From sequence record SRR31156797_2189: 64,000 nucleotides of DNA; one strand, written 5' to 3'. Of the stretch, positions 18,211 through 28,695 are shown piece by piece. The notes beneath the pieces were generated by a model that was not told the origin of the DNA, did no database searches, and was given only the letters and a program-made list of their open reading frames with translations. The translations under genes were made by a program, and so were the position numbers. The stretch's first letter is position 1, and each line of letters starts with the position of its first letter.

Positions 18211-20523
18211 TCACACATTCACAAGTGGCTTGACTGGCAAGAGTACCTTGACCACCGTTCCCTTCCCCGGAGTAGCCTGTACCTGGACATCACCACCATG
18301 ATTTCGGACAATGCTTTGCGACATCGCAAGCCCGGCCAATCCCCCTCTTTTAGCAGGAAAGGAAGAATCAACCGGGTCGAAAAGCCCCATAACTTCCTCT
18401 GCGTTAAGGCCTGGACCATCATCGGTTATAACAAATTGGACGTGATCGGGATGATGAGCTGTGGTCAAAACGATAGTCCCTCCTGTTTCCGGCATACCAT
18501 TAATGCTCCTAATAATCAAAGAAAGACAGACCTGCTTGAGCTGATCTTTTGCACCTTTCACCTGCAGTTCCCCTGTGTAGGAAAAATTCAAAGACACCTT
18601 ATTCTGCTTAAGATATTTCTTTAAAAATAGGGCAACACTATCCAGCACTTCATGCAGGTCAAACTCCACTTTTTCCGTTGTTGGCGGTACACTGAAATTT
18701 TGAAGTTCACGGACCATTTGCTCGATCCGACCGCATTCCGATAGTGCCAGCCGCATCAGAGAGGATTCCATCTCCTCCAACTCAGATTTACGAAGTACTC
18801 GCTGTAGAACATTTTTTATGCCGCACACAGGATTATTGAACTCGTGGGTAATCGAAGCTGTCAAAGCACCTATTGCGCTAAGCTTTTCCGACTGGATCAA
18901 TTGCTTTTGAGTATGATCTAAATCTCGCTGAATTTTTCTCTGAGCCGAAATATCCAAAAAAGTGAGTATTATCCCTCTCAGCTTGCCATCGGTGCGCAAA
19001 AACGGAACCGCATGGACGGTACAGGTCTTCTCCTGTCCGTTAATGGTGCGCTCAATATCTTCTACTATGTTTGCTGCCCCTGCTGCAAACATTCGTAAAT
19101 AACACTTGGCAGTATGACAATGGGCACACAACCACAACTCCTCACCAGTTTTCCCCAATATCTCTTGCTCACTCAAGCCGAGGAAGCGGCAAAAGGCATC
19201 GTTCATTCTGACAACCCGGCACTTGGTTGACAGCAAACAGAGAGGAATGGCAACATTGAAGATCTGATCGAGTTCATTATATGCCTTTAACACTTCTCTT
19301 TCAGCCTGTTTTGCAGCAGTAATATCAAAAGCCGTAAAAAGTAAATCTCCCTGAGTACTTTTTTCAGTCACTAAGGGCTGCACACTCAGCAATACATTGC
19401 AAAAGGTATTATCCTTTCTGCGCCATAACCCTTCAACAGGTTGGTCAACGCCATCCCCACCACTTCTGTTACCAAGCTCAGCAGGAGAAACTGATCCTTC
19501 AGGAGAGGCAAAAAGCAGCTCCCAATGATTGCCGACCAGTTCCTCAACCTCATACCCGGTGAGTTTCTGCATAGTATCATTGACATAGCTTAATACCCCA
19601 TGGTTCACTATCCCAATTCCAGCAGCAACAGTATTCAGTGCATTTTGCAAAAGTTGAGTATTTGCAAACAATTCCTGATTTCTGATTTCAACCATCTTTA
19701 CCAGACGCTGATTAAACAGATGGAGTTTTTCTTCATGCCGCTTTTGTTCTGTGATATCACGAGCAATCCCTTGAACGCCTGCGACTCCAGCCTTATTGTA
19801 GTAAGGGGTTGCATGAATCTCCATCCACACTGGAATTCCGTCTTGGCCGAAGGAATGAAGAATGACAGTTTCTTTTTCCTTCCCTGCAAGCAGTTCTGAA
19901 AATGCTCTACTGGCAAGTGCATGATCTTCATGGGCTATGCCTGACAGATAATGACGACCATGCCACTTTTCACGCTTGACACCGAGCAGTAAATCGCTGC
20001 CCGGGGACAAATAGGTAATGCGACCGGCAATATCGAGCCTAAAAAAGGTATCAGGTGAGGTCTCTGCAAATGAACGAAACAGTGCTTCACTCTGCTGCAG
20101 CTGTTTCTGCTGTTCCCTTTCTCTGGTAACAATTCTGCCGCGGCCCACAGTGCCAATCAACCTCCCCTGTTTATCAAAAAAGGGGGTTTTATATACTTCC
20201 AAATAAAGAAATTTTCCCTGGATGTTGCCAAACTCATCAAACCGCTGCGCTTTACGCTCTTTAATGACAATTTGGTCTGAATCTACACACAGTTCGCCAA
20301 AGGTATGCCAGTTAGGGTCATTTGGGTAAAGCTCCCGTTGCCGCTTGGCAAAAAAGAGATCTGTTTTACCCAGAGGTTCTTCTTCCCCCTCAGCTATCAG
20401 CAGTCTTTCACAAATAGTTCTATTGACAAAGAGGTATCGCCCTTCCAGATCTTTTGCCCACAGAAGATCTGGTGAATTATCCGTAAACAGGCGGTATATC
20501 TTATCGTTGGGTAAATCATTCAT
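18211..20523 (-). CDS. Cytoplasmic multi-PAS sensor histidine kinase (atypical ATP-binding domain)
   Basis: About four PAS/PAC repeats, SEKLSAIG...HEFNNP H-box, DDGPG G1 box; N and G2 boxes degenerate. Confidence 0.88.
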   Translation of the reverse strand: MNDLPNDKIYRLFTDNSPDLLWAKDLEGRYLFVNRTICERLLIAEGEEEPLGKTDLFFAKRQRELYPNDPNWHTFGELCVDSDQIVIKERKAQRFDEFGNIQGKFLYLEVYKTPFFDKQGRLIGTVGRGRIVTREREQQKQLQQSEALFRSFAETSPDTFFRLDIAGRITYLSPGSDLLLGVKREKWHGRHYLSGIAHEDHALASRAFSELLAGKEKETVILHSFGQDGIPVWMEIHATPYYNKAGVAGVQGIARDITEQKRHEEKLHLFNQRLVKMVEIRNQELFANTQLLQNALNTVAAGIGIVNHGVLSYVNDTMQKLTGYEVEELVGNHWELLFASPEGSVSPAELGNRSGGDGVDQPVEGLWRRKDNTFCNVLLSVQPLVTEKSTQGDLLFTAFDITAAKQAEREVLKAYNELDQIFNVAIPLCLLSTKCRVVRMNDAFCRFLGLSEQEILGKTGEELWLCAHCHTAKCYLRMFAAGAANIVEDIERTINGQEKTCTVHAVPFLRTDGKLRGIILTFLDISAQRKIQRDLDHTQKQLIQSEKLSAIGALTASITHEFNNPVCGIKNVLQRVLRKSELEEMESSLMRLALSECGRIEQMVRELQNFSVPPTTEKVEFDLHEVLDSVALFLKKYLKQNKVSLNFSYTGELQVKGAKDQLKQVCLSLIIRSINGMPETGGTIVLTTAHHPDHVQFVITDDGPGLNAEEVMGLFDPVDSSFPAKRGGLAGLAMSQSIVRNHGGDVQVQATPGKGTVVKVLLPVKPLVNV

Positions 20524-20739
20524 GGCATAAGCAGTGGTTATTTTCCTGACAGGGCTGCGATTATTGGCTTTTGTGAAAAGTACGACATAACAAATAGTCT
20601 ACAAAAGGAAGAAACATATAAATACCAATAACTAATCAAGTACATAGTACTATGACAGGATAGCATAACAATTTCAAACAACCAATCACCAACGTTACAT
20701 ACTTAGATGCAGTTAAGGGATCACTTCCTGGAGTTCTCC

Positions 20740-21816
20740 TCATACCAGCCCCAAGAGAAAATCAGCAATATGATCAGCACCATTGTCCTGAAGAGAAGAA
20801 GGCATCTTCCCCTTGATCGCCATGAGGGTATCGAGTTCTTCCAACCACATTCCGCTGAAAAATGCTTCTCTGGTTATTTGCCTCGAGGCCATATGCTCTA
20901 TCGCAAAGTCGCATAGAGGTGCAGCCTCTGGGAAATCAGGCCTTGATACATGGGCAAACACACTCTCTGCCTGGTAAACCTCAGCCAGGGTGGAATAACC
21001 GACCTTGCCAACCACGATATCTGAAGCAGCTACAAGATCTGGATGATACACAGAAGAGCACCTGTCAAGATAGCAGACATTTCCGGCAATAGTTGTTCTT
21101 CCTTCATGCCCAGTGACAACAAACGAATACCCTTTTTTATCACTCATCCCTACCGATGGAAACGTATCCCGATTCCCACCGCCCATTGTAATAAGTACCA
21201 GTTTATTACCCCCCTGGTTAAATCTGCTCCGCAATGATGGTACTGAATTCTTTATGCTCCTTGCAACTGGTGGAACGCATAAATCACAGTGAGTTGACAG
21301 GCAGACAGGTTCTGTCTGTACATGAAAATCAGCCTGTTGAAAAATGCCGGCAAGGTACTGTATGTGCGGTCGAAGAGAGGCACTCCTCTTTTCATAGGCT
21401 GCATAGATCCAGTCCCATGTGAAATTTTCCACCAAAACCGAGGGGACTTTGGCCTGTTGTCCTGCCAGGATGCCAAGTGGTGCAATATCACAGACCACCA
21501 ATGAACAGTGGCCGAAGAGTTCAGCGCAAGCAGTTACTTTCACCTCATCCAAAGGATAGAATTCATCCAGTGCTGCTGATGTGGCTAGAAGATCCTCCTC
21601 CAGCCCTGTCCGTTGCACCATGCCGATATCGGTAAGTATGGGATGGAAGGTAAAAGGAGTCTCCAAAGATTGATTGAAAAACCATTTCGGAACAGTGGTG
21701 ACAATAACAAACTCCACATTCCCTTTTTTGGCTAAAGCCTGCATAATGGCCGCTGCTCTTGCAGCATGCCCAAAGCCATGTGCAGTAATACAAAAGCCAA
21801 TTTTCATTGACCTCAT
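20740..21816 (-). CDS. GT-B fold glycosyltransferase-like protein (resembles the N-terminal domain of L-arabinokinase)
   Basis: ITAHGFGHAAR, ENFTWDWIY, DLVAASDIVVGKVGYST. Confidence 0.7.
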   Translation of the reverse strand: MRSMKIGFCITAHGFGHAARAAAIMQALAKKGNVEFVIVTTVPKWFFNQSLETPFTFHPILTDIGMVQRTGLEEDLLATSAALDEFYPLDEVKVTACAELFGHCSLVVCDIAPLGILAGQQAKVPSVLVENFTWDWIYAAYEKRSASLRPHIQYLAGIFQQADFHVQTEPVCLSTHCDLCVPPVARSIKNSVPSLRSRFNQGGNKLVLITMGGGNRDTFPSVGMSDKKGYSFVVTGHEGRTTIAGNVCYLDRCSSVYHPDLVAASDIVVGKVGYSTLAEVYQAESVFAHVSRPDFPEAAPLCDFAIEHMASRQITREAFFSGMWLEELDTLMAIKGKMPSSLQDNGADHIADFLLGLV

Positions 21817-23369
21817 TCTTCTGGCGGAGGTGGGACAGGAAGGGTTACTGTAAACTGGCTCCCCGCTCCCACCTGGCTATGTACAGTTATCTGCCCATTG
21901 TGTTTTTCAACAATACTTTTGGCAATAGCCAAACCGAGGCCGGTCCCTCGATTTTTCTCTGTATAAAACGGCGTGAAAATCTGTTCCAGTTTATCAGGCT
22001 CAATACCAGGTCCCGTATCATCAACTCTCAACTGCACCTGTCTCTGCTCTCGATCAAACTCGCTTTTCACGGTCAATCGACCACCTTGTCCCATTGCCTG
22101 AACGGCATTAAAAACGATATTAAAAACCACTTGGTAAATCTGCTCACTATCCATAAGAACAAGGGGAAGATCTGGCTGGAGGTCCACATCTACGGCAATC
22201 TGTTTTTTAGTAAATTCAGAGTCCATGAAACGTACAACCCGTTCACCCACATTGTTTATCGAGTCCTGTTTCACAGCAGCTTCCTGTGGACGTGCAAAAT
22301 CAAGAAATTCCCGTACAATATTATCCAGTCGTGTTGTTTCCTCCACAATAATGCCAGCAAGGTGTTCATTGCCAGGGGCAACAGACGAAATCCGTTTGCG
22401 TAAAATTTCAGCTGTGGACCGGACAATACCAAGCGGATTTTTAATCTCATGGGAAACGGATGCCACCATTTTACCTAGTGATGCCAGACGTTGTGCTTTA
22501 TTGAGTTGTTCTTCCAGTTGAATACGCTCTGCTGCGCGCGTCGCCATCGTGCGGTTTGCCTTGACAACAATCAAACTAAGAATTGCAAAGAGAACGACCA
22601 TGATGGATAAAGAAAAAACTATAATCCTCGCTTGAAGTTTAATTATAGCCTTTAAGTCGTCTGAAAGATTTTGACGTATTTCAACAACACCCATTATCTC
22701 GCCGGTACGTTTCCCCAAACGATCTTCCTGATGAAAAGGGACAAAGGTTTTGAGCGTGCAAAAAACCTCGGGCATTCCAGGCAGCAAGCTCAATAGCGAA
22801 CCACCGGTGATGACGATGGTTGTATTTTCCCCCTCTAACGCTTTTTGGTATTCAAGACCACCCATGTTAAGTTTGCCCATCCATTCTGACTTAGTAGAAT
22901 AGCTGATCCTGTTTTCACCTGCATCAAAGATGGTGACTGAATCGATGCGCAATCCACGAGTAATATTGCGAACAATCTGATCAAGCCGGTTGTATTGTTT
23001 CTCTTCGGAAAGAGCTATGCGACCATAGCGTACAACGGTGGGCAAAACAAACTGGAGAAAAACCTGCCGATTAAGATTATCAGCAAAAAGTTGTGAATAG
23101 GCCTCACTTCTTTGAAGCAGTACACTTCGGGCGTTATTTGAAATCATCCAGGAGAGGACAACGGAGGTAATCAACATGGCCAGCAGGGCCGTAAAGGAGA
23201 AATACTTGACCAGCTCAAACGGCAAAAGCCCGTCACCTTTTCTGCCGTTTTTCAAAAATTTTCCGAGCCGATGAATATCAGGACGGGGTATCTTCGCCAC
23301 ATATGCCGCAACGGCGGCATAGAGTTGTTTCGCATGGCGGAGTAAATTGCCCTGCCATTGATTTTGCAT
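21813..23369 (-). CDS. Membrane-bound sensor histidine kinase (NtrB/AtoS-like); true start probably downstream of 23369
   Basis: Two TM segments, SHEIKNPL, NIVFNAVQAM, DTGPG, FTPFYTEK, GTGLGLAI. Confidence 0.9.
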   Translation of the reverse strand: MQNQWQGNLLRHAKQLYAAVAAYVAKIPRPDIHRLGKFLKNGRKGDGLLPFELVKYFSFTALLAMLITSVVLSWMISNNARSVLLQRSEAYSQLFADNLNRQVFLQFVLPTVVRYGRIALSEEKQYNRLDQIVRNITRGLRIDSVTIFDAGENRISYSTKSEWMGKLNMGGLEYQKALEGENTTIVITGGSLLSLLPGMPEVFCTLKTFVPFHQEDRLGKRTGEIMGVVEIRQNLSDDLKAIIKLQARIIVFSLSIMVVLFAILSLIVVKANRTMATRAAERIQLEEQLNKAQRLASLGKMVASVSHEIKNPLGIVRSTAEILRKRISSVAPGNEHLAGIIVEETTRLDNIVREFLDFARPQEAAVKQDSINNVGERVVRFMDSEFTKKQIAVDVDLQPDLPLVLMDSEQIYQVVFNIVFNAVQAMGQGGRLTVKSEFDREQRQVQLRVDDTGPGIEPDKLEQIFTPFYTEKNRGTGLGLAIAKSIVEKHNGQITVHSQVGAGSQFTVTLPVPPPPEE

Positions 23370-25056
23370 ATTCCTTCCAGAGATATCCAGGCTTCAGCCC
23401 ATGATCAACGATTTCCCAGCACATGCGTTCATCGCATTCTCGAGATCTAACAGCATACTGCCAACTACTAAGACCATGCTGTTTAAGAGCCTGTTTAAAT
23501 GATAACCGGCCCATGCCGACGTCGAGCAGTAACGGGGCAATCCGCCTGTCTGCTCTAGCATACACGGCCTGCTGTAAAACCCGTTCAGGGCGATCGACCT
23601 TGATCCGCAAATTGGGCACTTTACTCAAGGCTTTTCGAAGATACTTTATTTTTTGTTTCAACGCCATGACTGACTGAGCAGATGACTGCGTTAGACCTGC
23701 CTGCTCAGCATCAATTCCACCAAAAGAACAATATTGAAAAGGGGTCCACGGTTTTGGCACAAAAGAATTCACGGATAAACTTATCTCCGTCAGCCTGCCA
23801 CGTTTGCGGCCAATGGGCAAAAGCGCTTCCTGTACTTTCTTTACAAGGCTAACAAACTCCTCCAGATCATGATCGGTTTCCGTAGGTAATCCGATCATAA
23901 GATAGAGCTTCAAATGGAAGATACCTATTTCTGCCAGCCGGGTAGCGGCAGAAAACAAATCTGCTTCACTCAGTCCTTTATTGATGAGGTTTCGTAACCT
24001 TTCTGAAGCACCATCTGGAGCAATGGCAACACTCTTGAGATTAGAAGCAGCAAGTAGTGATAGCAATTTGTCAGAAATATGATCTGCCCGCAGGGAAGAG
24101 AAAGAAAGCGAACAGTTATTTGTGTGCAGATACTGGGCAATAGTATCAAGGGTATCTGCATGAGCCATCTCCATGCCAAGCATTCCCACACGTTTGATAC
24201 TTTCAGGTCGCTCTGCAAATGCTTTTAATATCGCATCACTGTTCCATAGCCTGGGAGGCCGATAAATGTAGCCAGCAGCACAAAATCGACAGCCCCGACT
24301 GCAGCCGCGACCGAGTTCCACCATGTACATATTGAGTTCGGCTTCTGGTGACAGAAGTTGTGAATGTCCTGCTCTATCCTGCGGCGGCGCGATGACCTTT
24401 TTAACCCGATCCGGAGTTCCTGGAGGTGTCAGTACTTGCGTTATCCTTCCCAGCTCATCATAGGCAATACTATACAGGGTTGGCACATAGCATCCCTGGC
24501 ATTGACTTGCCACTTGTTGCAAGATGTCTTGCCGGTCTGCACCGAGACACTTCTGCACCACAGCGAGCAAACCTGCTAATATACCTTCTGCCTCACCAAT
24601 AACCATGATATCGGCAAAAGGTGCGAGTGGTTCGGGATTCATAAACACCGCCACCCCACCGAGTATCACGAGAGGGTTGCCTGGTCCAATTACAGCAGAT
24701 CTTTTGTCCGCAAAGGGTTCAACCCGTCCAGCTGGAAGCATTGCAGCCAACCGGGGATAATCCTCTTCAAAACTTATGGAACCACAAATTACGGGGAAAT
24801 CACTGAGAGCTCGTCCGCTTTCAAGGGAACGAAAAGAGGAACCTGCATCAGGATAGACAAACCTTTCACAGACAATCCCATCGTAGGCATTGAGCAGATT
24901 ATAGACAATCTGCAACCCGAGGTTGGAAACCGCTACGGAATAAACATTGGGGTAAATTAAGGCAACTGGCAGACGGTTTGCCCATTTTTTATGGACAGTA
25001 CCAATTTCTTGAGAAAGTAAGGGGAACAAGTATACAATACACCGGTTGAACTGCAC
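23278..25056 (-). CDS. Radical SAM protein of unknown function
   Basis: ELGRGCSRGCRFC, SNLGLQ, YLMIGLPTET, FVPKPWTPFQ, C-terminal C..CRRCGIC; start uncertain. Confidence 0.82.
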   Translation of the reverse strand: MQFNRCIVYLFPLLSQEIGTVHKKWANRLPVALIYPNVYSVAVSNLGLQIVYNLLNAYDGIVCERFVYPDAGSSFRSLESGRALSDFPVICGSISFEEDYPRLAAMLPAGRVEPFADKRSAVIGPGNPLVILGGVAVFMNPEPLAPFADIMVIGEAEGILAGLLAVVQKCLGADRQDILQQVASQCQGCYVPTLYSIAYDELGRITQVLTPPGTPDRVKKVIAPPQDRAGHSQLLSPEAELNMYMVELGRGCSRGCRFCAAGYIYRPPRLWNSDAILKAFAERPESIKRVGMLGMEMAHADTLDTIAQYLHTNNCSLSFSSLRADHISDKLLSLLAASNLKSVAIAPDGASERLRNLINKGLSEADLFSAATRLAEIGIFHLKLYLMIGLPTETDHDLEEFVSLVKKVQEALLPIGRKRGRLTEISLSVNSFVPKPWTPFQYCSFGGIDAEQAGLTQSSAQSVMALKQKIKYLRKALSKVPNLRIKVDRPERVLQQAVYARADRRIAPLLLDVGMGRLSFKQALKQHGLSSWQYAVRSRECDERMCWEIVDHGLKPGYLWKEYAKSMAGQFTPPCETTLCRRCGICGEDTPS

Positions 25057-25115
25057 ATCAATCTACAGCTGGCACCATCACAAAACCAAGCATGGACAGT
25101 GCAACTGCACTTTTA

Positions 25116-25160
25116 ATTAGAAGGGTATCCGTAAATGTAATTTTCGGATACCCTTCTAAT
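25116..25160. repeat. Perfect 16-bp inverted repeat downstream of ftsZ
   Basis: ATTAGAAGGGTATCCG-13 nt-CGGATACCCTTCTAAT. Confidence 0.6.
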
Positions 25161-25196
25161 AGAGTTCAGGGGGCAAGGTACCCTTCCCCATAAAAA

Positions 25197-26420
25197 TTAA
25201 TTTGCCTTCTTTCGCAGGTACGCGGGCTCATCATAATCGTGGTTTTCACGATCTTCAAATATCGGTCTTGGCATCGACGGCAGTCCTTGAGGCTGCCTGT
25301 TAGGTTTTGCAGTGGCAAAGTTGTTACTCTCCACTGCTGACGATTTCCCTTCGGAATCCCCTGCGGGTTTTGCCTGGGCTGTTGTGGCAGTGGACTGCGC
25401 CGGTTCAGGATTTCTCCTTACTACTTCGAGCTGAGATATTGTTTCCGTTTCATCAATGCTTGAAATGCCAGTCGCGATCACGGTTACCCGCAGTTCATCT
25501 CCCAGCGATTCATCAAACAAGGCTCCGATAATAATATTGGCGTCATCGTGAGCCTTTTCCTGAATCAGGGCAGACGCTTCCATGAACTCATTCATGGTCA
25601 AGGTCTCTTCGGCAGCCGAAATATTAATAAGGATTCCCCTTGCGCCATCAATACCGACATCTTCCAGTAATTGATTATCAATGGCCCGCTTGGCAGCTTC
25701 ACTGGCACGATTTTCACCTTCAGCAGCACCGGATCCCATGATCGCCGGCCCGACTTCTTTCATGACGGTCTTGAGATCGGCAAAATCCACATTGATATGA
25801 CCAGGGAGATTAATAAGGTCGGTAATCCCTTTTACAGCCTGTAAAAGAACATTATCCACCATCTTCATCATATCCACCAAGGTGGAATTTTTGTTCATCA
25901 AACCAAGCAACCGGTCATTGGGCACGGTGATAATGGTGTCGGCATACTCTTTGAGTTTTTCCCAGCCAGCTTCAGCATTACGCATTCGCTTTTTGGCCTC
26001 GAAGTAGAACGGCTTGGTTACAACGGCAACGGTGAGAGCTCCGGCTTCTTTGCTAAGTTTTGCAATTTCCGGTGCAGCTCCTGTCCCCGTGCCCCCGCCA
26101 AGTCCGGCGGTGACAAAAACCATATCCGCACCTCGCATAGCTTGCTGGAGGTCCTCATAGCTTTCCTGGGCGGATTCCTTTCCCATCTCGGGATCAGCAC
26201 CGGCACCCATGCCTTTGGTTATCCCTGGCCCCAGTTGCAGACGGATATCAGCACGTGATTTCTCAAGTGCCTGCATATCCGTATTAGCCACAATAAACTC
26301 TACTCCGGCCAACCGGTTTTCAACCATTGTGTTAATAGCATTACCTCCACCGCCACCAACACCGATTACCTTGATTACTGCAACAGACTCTTCTTCAGCC
26401 ATTCTAAACGGCATGCTCAT
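25197..26420 (-). CDS. ftsZ: Cell division protein FtsZ
   Basis: [24 protein letters not shown]-terminal DEPAYLRK. Confidence 0.99.
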   Translation of the reverse strand: MSMPFRMAEEESVAVIKVIGVGGGGGNAINTMVENRLAGVEFIVANTDMQALEKSRADIRLQLGPGITKGMGAGADPEMGKESAQESYEDLQQAMRGADMVFVTAGLGGGTGTGAAPEIAKLSKEAGALTVAVVTKPFYFEAKKRMRNAEAGWEKLKEYADTIITVPNDRLLGLMNKNSTLVDMMKMVDNVLLQAVKGITDLINLPGHINVDFADLKTVMKEVGPAIMGSGAAEGENRASEAAKRAIDNQLLEDVGIDGARGILINISAAEETLTMNEFMEASALIQEKAHDDANIIIGALFDESLGDELRVTVIATGISSIDETETISQLEVVRRNPEPAQSTATTAQAKPAGDSEGKSSAVESNNFATAKPNRQPQGLPSMPRPIFEDRENHDYDEPAYLRKKAN

Positions 26421-26501
26421 CTCCCATGAACAATATTCCTAGATTAATTGCACTCGAATATACCATCAATTGTTCCTAGACCAAAGGTATTTTAAGGAAA
26501 T

Positions 26502-27725
26502 CTATACAATTTGTTTTACCCAATTTTTCAGCTTACTCATCATACTGCTATTCTCTTTTGGCACGTAATGATTTGCCTTACTGCCATATAGAACCATCCC
26601 TACTCCGGTGGTACAACGAGGGGAGTTAACATCCTCCATCCTGCCTTCCAGCCCCGAGGGATAGCCAATCCTCACTGGCAAATCAAAAATCTGCTCTGCC
26701 ATCTCAACGACATTGGCTAACAAGGCGGTACCACCGGTTATAACAACCCCGGCATTAATCCGGTTACGATAACCTGACCCATAAATGTTCTTATTGACCA
26801 TCTGCAGGATTTCTTCCATCCTGGCCTCAAGAATCTCGACCATTACCCGCTGCGAAACCTTTCTTGGCTTACGATCCCCCACAGTAGGAACTTCAATGAT
26901 CTGATTTTCTTTTATCATTGATGACAGAGCACCACCGTACAGATATTTTAATTCTTCCGCCTCCTGAAGCGGTGTACGAAGCCCTACACTCAAATCACTG
27001 GTTAAATTGTTGCCTCCAAGGGCCAACTCCCAGGTATGCTTGATAGTACCATTACAAAAAATGGCAAGATCCGTTGTCCCACCACCTATATCAATTAAGA
27101 CTACACCCAGTTCCATTTCATCCCTACTTAAAACCGCATGCGAGGAGGCTACCGATTCCAACACGATCTCAGATACAGCCAACCCGGACCGATTACAGCT
27201 CGTGACCAAGTTATGCAGTGCGGTAACATCGGCGGTAACAATATGTACATTCGTCACCAAGCGTACGCCAGTCATTCCCAAAGGATTTTGAATACCGGTA
27301 TGATCATCTACCATATATTCCTGAGGCAGGACATGAACTATCTGCTGGTTATCAGATATTTTCACGGTCTGGGCAGCCCTGATCACCGCCTCAATATCCT
27401 TTTCCTTTATTTCCTGATTATTAACGGCAATAATTCCTGGAGAATTAAATCCCTTGATATGATTTCCGGCAATACCGACGTAAACAGTCTCAATATCACA
27501 ACCAGCTTGATCGGAGGCAGCGGCAACCGCTTGACGAATCGCCTTAACAGTTGCCTCAATATTAACGACAACACCATTCTTCAACCCTGATGATGCGGCA
27601 GTCCCAACCCCAACCACCTCGACCCTGTCTTCGAAAATTTCACCGACAACTGCCAAGATTTTGGTTGTGCCTATATCCAGACCGGCTATCAACTCACCGG
27701 ATTCACGTACTTCAATTTCTTCCAT
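26502..27725 (-). CDS. ftsA: Cell division protein FtsA
   Basis: GLDIGTTK, DIGGGTTD, TGG, C-terminal amphipathic SKLKNWVKQI. Confidence 0.97.
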   Translation of the reverse strand: MEEIEVRESGELIAGLDIGTTKILAVVGEIFEDRVEVVGVGTAASSGLKNGVVVNIEATVKAIRQAVAAASDQAGCDIETVYVGIAGNHIKGFNSPGIIAVNNQEIKEKDIEAVIRAAQTVKISDNQQIVHVLPQEYMVDDHTGIQNPLGMTGVRLVTNVHIVTADVTALHNLVTSCNRSGLAVSEIVLESVASSHAVLSRDEMELGVVLIDIGGGTTDLAIFCNGTIKHTWELALGGNNLTSDLSVGLRTPLQEAEELKYLYGGALSSMIKENQIIEVPTVGDRKPRKVSQRVMVEILEARMEEILQMVNKNIYGSGYRNRINAGVVITGGTALLANVVEMAEQIFDLPVRIGYPSGLEGRMEDVNSPRCTTGVGMVLYGSKANHYVPKENSSMMSKLKNWVKQIV

Positions 27726-27730
27726 GCTAT

Positions 27731-28678
27731 CTACCTGTCAAGTTCAGCTCGAGCAACTAAGACCTTATTTTCCATGTAATCCATCCGGATGGATGCAATC
27801 CCTTCTATCTTTTTTTTACGGTACAGCCGTTCCAGAATTTTTACCAGACGGTAGTACTTTGTGTAAATCTTCTCTGTACCGAAATAGATGGGAAAAGGCT
27901 GATCAACCAAATAAACCACCAACCCTTGTTTATTATCCACATGTACTTCAGAGATTGACTGTATAGGGAGAATGGCATTGCCTTTAGCCGCCAGCTTCAA
28001 CAATACCAGTGCCGATTCTGCCGCGGTGCCTTGCGGCAATTGTTTCACTGATTTTGCTGTCTCCCACTTAACACCTGTAATAACAGGATAATCAAAATCT
28101 TGTCCCAAACGCAAGGGCGCAAATAACACCCCCTTGTTATTAAGATAAAACAACTCACTTCCGGAAACATTTTCGACATTAATCAATGCCAGTGGCCGAT
28201 GCTCCCTTACCTTTATTTCGAACGCCGATGGCCATCGCCTCGTCAGGGTAACCCTATCTATCCAGGGCAAGCTGCTGATCTCCCTTGCTGCGGCCTTTGT
28301 GTCCACTGCAAAAAGACTCACACCCTGCTCAATGTTGCCCTTTTTCAAAATCTGCGACTGATTACTTACCCTGTTGCCTTTTACCTGAATGTCTGTGAGC
28401 CGAAAAACATCTGAGCGTATAAGCAGTCCATAGCTCCCCCAACAAAAAAAGCCGACAACAGCACAAAGAAAAAGCAGGGTTATAACTCCCCTTGAGTACC
28501 ATTTGACCTGCTCCTGACGCTGGAGACCGGCGATAGACTTCTGCACGCCCGGTGGTGAAGGGTTATGCCTTTTCCTGGAAATTTTCCCTTTTAAACAATC
28601 CAGTATGCGCACCAATCTCCCCTTCGGTTTTTTCTTTGCAGGGTGAGGAGAAAAACCTCCTGGTGTGTAGGCAACCAT
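27731..28678 (-). CDS. ftsQ: Cell division protein FtsQ/DivIB
   Basis: Basic N-tail, single TM, POTRA (LPWI...RRWP...VREHRP); immediately upstream of ftsA. Confidence 0.88.
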   Translation of the reverse strand: MVAYTPGGFSPHPAKKKPKGRLVRILDCLKGKISRKRHNPSPPGVQKSIAGLQRQEQVKWYSRGVITLLFLCAVVGFFCWGSYGLLIRSDVFRLTDIQVKGNRVSNQSQILKKGNIEQGVSLFAVDTKAAAREISSLPWIDRVTLTRRWPSAFEIKVREHRPLALINVENVSGSELFYLNNKGVLFAPLRLGQDFDYPVITGVKWETAKSVKQLPQGTAAESALVLLKLAAKGNAILPIQSISEVHVDNKQGLVVYLVDQPFPIYFGTEKIYTKYYRLVKILERLYRKKKIEGIASIRMDYMENKVLVARAELDR

Positions 28679-28695
28679 ACTTTTTCGGGTATCCT

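Noticed and set aside
19110-19132. CxxCH as a c-type haem site
   Set aside because: The protein appears cytoplasmic, while haem c is attached in the periplasm; kept only as a possible metal site.
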